DNA of 64,000 bases from an uncultured Verrucomicrobiales bacterium (GTDB lineage Bacteria; Verrucomicrobiota; Verrucomicrobiia; Verrucomicrobiales; Akkermansiaceae): the NCBI GenBank assembly GCA_937128235.1, contig CAKZMG010000213.1, positions 13,255 through 77,254 of the forward strand. Reading direction: 5' to 3'. Position numbers and translations under genes: made by a program. Below, piece by piece: positions 59,764-64,000 of the stretch; position 1 is the stretch's first letter, and each line of letters opens with the position of its first letter. Under the pieces are notes generated by a model, which searched no databases, was not told the origin of the DNA, and saw only the letters and a program-made list of their open reading frames with translations.

Positions 59764-60771
59764 TTAGACTAACGAACGCGCTTTAGAATAATCTTCTTCT
59801 GTGAGACAACAAGGATCCGCCGCAACCCAATGGCCAGTTTCAATTTCCACTAAAGGCATATCCAGACCGATTGTTTCTTCGTACTTCGGATGATCAATAC
59901 GGTGTCCAAACGCACTGCCCTCTGGCGGATTGATCGGTGATGGTATCTCGCCCTGAAGGATGACACGTTCTTTCTTCCTCGTAGGGTCTGCCATGGGGAT
60001 AGCGGACAAGAGAGCCTTGGTATAAGCGTGTTTTGGATCTCGGTAAATTTTATCTGCATCTGCAAGCTCTACTATTTTACCCAAGTACATCACAGCAACG
60101 CGATCCGAAACATGTTTCACAACTGCTAAATCATGAGCGATGAATACATACGCCATATTTAACTCTTTCTGAAGTTCTACTAAAAGATTTAGAACCTGAG
60201 ACTGCACGGATACATCCAGCGCAGACACTGGCTCATCCAGCACAAGTAGCTCAGGATTCAGCGCTATCGCACGGGCTATTCCTATCCGTTGCCGCTGACC
60301 GCCAGAAAACTCATTAGGAAATTTATTCACCGCATTAGCTGGAAGTCCCACTTTTTCTAATAACTCCAATACTCGCGTTTCGCGTTCTTTCCGCGTTCCA
60401 ATGCCCTGAATATCTAACGGCTCACGTATGATCTGCCGCACAGAAAATCTCGCGTTCAAGGAATCTGCTGGATCTTGAAACATCATCTGAAAATGCCGTC
60501 TAACAGGGCGCAAGCTCGCCATTGAAGCATGTGTGATGTCATTCCCTTGAAACGATATTTTACCCGCTGTAGGATCATAAAGCCTTACTAGACATTTCCC
60601 TAATGTAGATTTTCCACAGCCAGATTCCCCGACAAGGCCCAGAGTCTCACCTGGTTTCACAAATAGTGAAATGCCATCCACAGCCTTCACATCACCTACG
60701 TGCTTCATGGTGACTCCCCCTCTAACAGGGAAGTACATTTTTAAGTTTTCAACTTCTAACAGATTTGACAT
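59764..60771 (-). CDS. oppF: Peptide ABC transporter ATP-binding protein (OppF/DppF-like)
   Basis: GESGCGKST, FSGGQRQR, DEPVSALD. Confidence 0.9.
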   Translation of the reverse strand: MSNLLEVENLKMYFPVRGGVTMKHVGDVKAVDGISLFVKPGETLGLVGESGCGKSTLGKCLVRLYDPTAGKISFQGNDITHASMASLRPVRRHFQMMFQDPADSLNARFSVRQIIREPLDIQGIGTRKERETRVLELLEKVGLPANAVNKFPNEFSGGQRQRIGIARAIALNPELLVLDEPVSALDVSVQSQVLNLLVELQKELNMAYVFIAHDLAVVKHVSDRVAVMYLGKIVELADADKIYRDPKHAYTKALLSAIPMADPTRKKERVILQGEIPSPINPPEGSAFGHRIDHPKYEETIGLDMPLVEIETGHWVAADPCCLTEEDYSKARSLV

Positions 60772-60782
60772 GTTTTTAGTGA

Positions 60783-61787
60783 TTAAATAGTAGATTTAGT
60801 TTGTTCATTATGGTGATTGCACACTGGGCAGTCCTCAACCCAATGGTTAGGAGCTACCTCAATGAAATCTGGACGTGTTTTCAAAGTATCTCCCTCCCTA
60901 CCCATGCGTTGGCAGAAACGGCAACCTGTCACGAACTCAGTGATCGATGCTACAGTTCCAGGTATCGTTGTTAGCTCAGATTTACGTTCATGTTCTAATG
61001 TGGGAATGGAAGACAAAAGCGCACGAGTGTAAGCATGGGTTGGTTTAGTGAAAATGTCCATCACGCTGCCTCTTTCCACTACACGCCCAGCATACATTAC
61101 CACCACTTCATCACATGACTCCGCTATCACACCTAAGTCATGCGTGATCAAAATCACAGACATCCCTAACTCATTCTGCATATCCTCCATGAGCTCCAAA
61201 ATCTGTGCCTGGACAGTAACATCCAGTGCCGTAGTTGGCTCATCTGCAATAACGAGGTCAGGTTTACATGCCAGAGCTATTGCTATCACCACACGCTGCC
61301 TCATCCCTCCAGAGAGCTGATGCGGATATTCCTTCACACGTCTTTCAGGCGATGGTATCCCCACTTTATCCAGAATGTCTATTGCACGTTGCCACGCCTC
61401 CTCCTTAGTCACATCACGGTGTTGTAATATCACCTCGGTCAGCTGTTTCCCAACCCTGTGCACAGGATTAAGAGCGGTCATAGGTTCTTGGAAAATAACT
61501 CCTATTTCACCACCTCTAATCTTATAAAATTCATCATGATCAACTTTTCTGAGATCTCGTCCTTTAAAAACAATCTCACCACCATTCACACAGCCCATTG
61601 GCTTAGGGAGTAGATCTACAATAGACATAGCGGTCACTGACTTGCCACATCCTGACTCACCGACTATTCCTACCGTCTTGCCCTTAGGAACATTAAAGTT
61701 CACACCATCTACAGCCCGTAACCAGCCAGTGTCCGTCTTAAATTCTGTGACGAGATCTCTTACTTCGAGTATATTTTCTGATGACAT
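60783..61787 (-). CDS. oppD: Peptide ABC transporter ATP-binding protein (OppD/DppD-like)
   Basis: GESGCGKS, YPHQLSGGMRQR, DEPTTALD. Confidence 0.9.
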   Translation of the reverse strand: MSSENILEVRDLVTEFKTDTGWLRAVDGVNFNVPKGKTVGIVGESGCGKSVTAMSIVDLLPKPMGCVNGGEIVFKGRDLRKVDHDEFYKIRGGEIGVIFQEPMTALNPVHRVGKQLTEVILQHRDVTKEEAWQRAIDILDKVGIPSPERRVKEYPHQLSGGMRQRVVIAIALACKPDLVIADEPTTALDVTVQAQILELMEDMQNELGMSVILITHDLGVIAESCDEVVVMYAGRVVERGSVMDIFTKPTHAYTRALLSSIPTLEHERKSELTTIPGTVASITEFVTGCRFCQRMGREGDTLKTRPDFIEVAPNHWVEDCPVCNHHNEQTKSTI

Positions 61788-61792
61788 GTTGA

Positions 61793-63919
61793 TTAAAATT
61801 TCTTTAGTTCACGGTTTTCAAGCTCTTCAACACTCGGTATGCCATTTCTGTACAGTTCAAAGGTGTATTCTTTCTCAGGAAATTTCTTCCCCTCTCTGCG
61901 AGCTTTCAGAGTTTCTTTTTTCACATCCTCATCTATCCAGTAGAGATAGTTTTCGATGGGGATATAGACGATGGGACTAGAAAATTCATATTGCTTGGTA
62001 TTTGGCCACTTCAGCCACTGCCAATAAGCCGTGCGTGTGTAACTAGTTTTTAAACCAGGTATAAATAACGCCTGATCATGCACAATCTGCTGAACACGAT
62101 GTGATGCTTTTTCTATTTCATCCTCAGTCCTAGCACCACGCACTTTTTCCGTTAAGCTATCTAGTTCTGGATCCACATAGAGATTCATATTATTAGTCTG
62201 AGGCTTAGGGTTCCCTTTCTCGTCAAATGCATTCATCGAGTGGAAGAACTGGTAATATCTAGGAAATGGTGGAGTCACTCCCCATCCGGAGTATGCCATC
62301 ACATGCTGTTTCTGAAGCATTTTTCTAAATGCATTAGTCGGCTGTTGCTTATCTAAGCTCAGTTTTAATCCAGCCTTTTTAGCCTCCTCTGCAAGTAGAT
62401 TCATCATACTATCTATAAGCGGATGCGCTCCCCAGTTCACTTCTACAGAAAGTACTTTTCCTTTATCATTCATGAGATACCCGTCTTGATTTTGCTTCGT
62501 GAAGCCAGCTTTGGAAAAGTATTCCCGCGCTTTACTGATAGAGAACTTATTCGCTTCAATATCAGGATTAGAATATCTCCCGAACCCTTCACTAAAGTGC
62601 TCCAGCCGCTCGCCATCACCACGGAAAAGTATCGTATTCACTTTCTTAAAATTTACTGCATGAGAAATCCCCAGGCGAACATTCAAATCTTTAATGATAG
62701 GCTGATGCACATTGAGGTAAAATCCGCGTGGAACACGTGGATACACATTGTAAAATTGAGATTTCGTGATGTAACCATTAAAGTAGGGTTTGATGTCCAT
62801 TTTCTCATACCAATACTCTGGCTGACCAAGTGGGAAGTAATCGATCTCGCCAATCTTAAATAACTCAAATGCCTTGTTTTGTTCCGCAATGACCAGATAC
62901 TTTATGTTATCTACATTACACGTGTATTTTTTAAATTTTTTATCCTTAGCCCACCAGTCCTTCACCCGAGAGAGGGTGATACTTCTTCCTGGTCGGATGT
63001 CCTTTTTCTTCACTGTGTAAGCACCAGTAGTAGGAGGAATCCGCCATTGATAACGCTCAGCATAATCTGGTCCATACTCATTATAAAAGTGTGGTGCTGC
63101 TGGAGATAGACTTGCGAAGAAAGGCATCAGCGGCTTAGGTGTCTTCAGCGTAACGGAGAGTAAATGGTCTCCATACACTGTCACATTAGCAAACTGTTCA
63201 CGGTAATACTGCTTCTGAAATGGCGCACTAATGTTGTCAGATAACCTAATGTATAGAAAAAACATATAATCCTTCGCCTTCACCTTCACTCCGTCACTAT
63301 AAGTAGCTGCTGGGTCTAAACGATAATACACCGTTCGGCCGTCCTCACTCACTGCCCACTCATTAGCTAATGATGGGATGATCTTCTGAGTGATCGGGTG
63401 TAAGCCCACTAGGCTGAGCTCTATCTCATCATAAACCTTACCTCTGAATGAGCTATTCGCATTAGGTCCAATTGGCCGCAAAGTAGGCGGATAGTCAGGT
63501 ATAAAGTATCTCAGAGTCCCGCCTTTCTTCGCTCTTGGGTCACCTATCTCTGGCTCATCTGCACCGTCCTGCCATTCTATGTCTTTGGGGATATCTTCCT
63601 CAGTTTTAAATGAGAAAAAACCCTCCATTTCCTGCCGTAAAATGTAGTTGTTTTTATTTTCTACGAGAGACGCCAGCTTCTTCTCTAACTGCGCTTTTTT
63701 CTCTAAGTCCGCCTCACCTGCTATCTCTTCTTCCACCTTTTTCTGTGATGCTTCCAGGCTGGTTACCTGCTTATCTAACCAGTCCGCAATGTATAAATTA
63801 TACTCTTTCACAAAGTGATCAAACCCTGAACTGCGCTTCACCGCTACCTCATCATCGCCACATGAGCTGATCAATAAGGCGAGTAATCCTAAACTAAATG
63901 ATAATATGCTTTTTAACAT
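61793..63919 (-). CDS. Family 5 extracellular solute-binding lipoprotein (YejA-like)
   Basis: Lipobox ISSC; AKKGGTL, LANEWAVSEDG, TTGAY, WWAKD. Confidence 0.88.
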   Translation of the reverse strand: MLKSILSFSLGLLALLISSCGDDEVAVKRSSGFDHFVKEYNLYIADWLDKQVTSLEASQKKVEEEIAGEADLEKKAQLEKKLASLVENKNNYILRQEMEGFFSFKTEEDIPKDIEWQDGADEPEIGDPRAKKGGTLRYFIPDYPPTLRPIGPNANSSFRGKVYDEIELSLVGLHPITQKIIPSLANEWAVSEDGRTVYYRLDPAATYSDGVKVKAKDYMFFLYIRLSDNISAPFQKQYYREQFANVTVYGDHLLSVTLKTPKPLMPFFASLSPAAPHFYNEYGPDYAERYQWRIPPTTGAYTVKKKDIRPGRSITLSRVKDWWAKDKKFKKYTCNVDNIKYLVIAEQNKAFELFKIGEIDYFPLGQPEYWYEKMDIKPYFNGYITKSQFYNVYPRVPRGFYLNVHQPIIKDLNVRLGISHAVNFKKVNTILFRGDGERLEHFSEGFGRYSNPDIEANKFSISKAREYFSKAGFTKQNQDGYLMNDKGKVLSVEVNWGAHPLIDSMMNLLAEEAKKAGLKLSLDKQQPTNAFRKMLQKQHVMAYSGWGVTPPFPRYYQFFHSMNAFDEKGNPKPQTNNMNLYVDPELDSLTEKVRGARTEDEIEKASHRVQQIVHDQALFIPGLKTSYTRTAYWQWLKWPNTKQYEFSSPIVYIPIENYLYWIDEDVKKETLKARREGKKFPEKEYTFELYRNGIPSVEELENRELKKF

Positions 63920-63930
63920 CGTATTTGCTT

Positions 63931-64000
63931 CTATTTGTATGTGCTAAATTTCTTAGGGTCAAATGCATCACGTATCGCCTCACCCACAAATGTGACAAGA
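63931..64000 (-). CDS. C-terminus of peptide ABC permease (OppC/YejE-like), partial
   Basis: LVTFVGEAIRDAFDPKKFSTYK* at the window edge. Confidence 0.8.
   Translation of the reverse strand, partial: LVTFVGEAIRDAFDPKKFSTYK

Noticed and set aside
334-63870. Numerous short antisense or overlapping ORFs in the six-frame track
   Set aside because: Shadow frames of well-supported genes with no recognisable motifs

Overview
Bacterial chromosomal segment. The gene content (PilX-like giant protein, PVC-type heme dehydrogenase-like protein, DUF1800/DUF1501) suggests Verrucomicrobiota; this is inference, not a database result. The first 7.7 kb is a tandem array of integrative elements at the 3' end of a tRNA-Sec-like gene (7675-7769, minus). 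A complete 6.8-kb element lies between 25-bp direct repeats at 845-869 and 7668-7692 and carries a tyrosine integrase, an XRE regulator, cargo genes, two terminase-small-subunit-like genes and a Rep-like ORF. A second element starts at 845 and runs off the left edge. The most striking feature is a long minus-strand ORF, absent from the supplied track, that starts at 2366, reads through the att site without a stop and is in frame with both integrases. Excision would therefore rebuild a 1144-aa Rep-like/integrase fusion, while the tandem state makes a chimeric fusion with the neighbouring element's integrase. The rest is mostly core genome (recG, recJ, tex, suhB, ychF, ftsY, amt, DEAD-box helicase, gmk, rpmI, rplT, rpmB, two pilT paralogs, xseA, peptide ABC transporter). 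Notable exceptions are a CoA-transferase-like/GNAT/deacetylase triple fusion lacking the usual catalytic Glu, a radical SAM plus Lgt-like cluster, a Tat-signal PCO/ADO-type dioxygenase, a nirK cluster, a Fic gene with operator-like repeats, two copies of a 160-bp MITE and a nested palindromic repeat.
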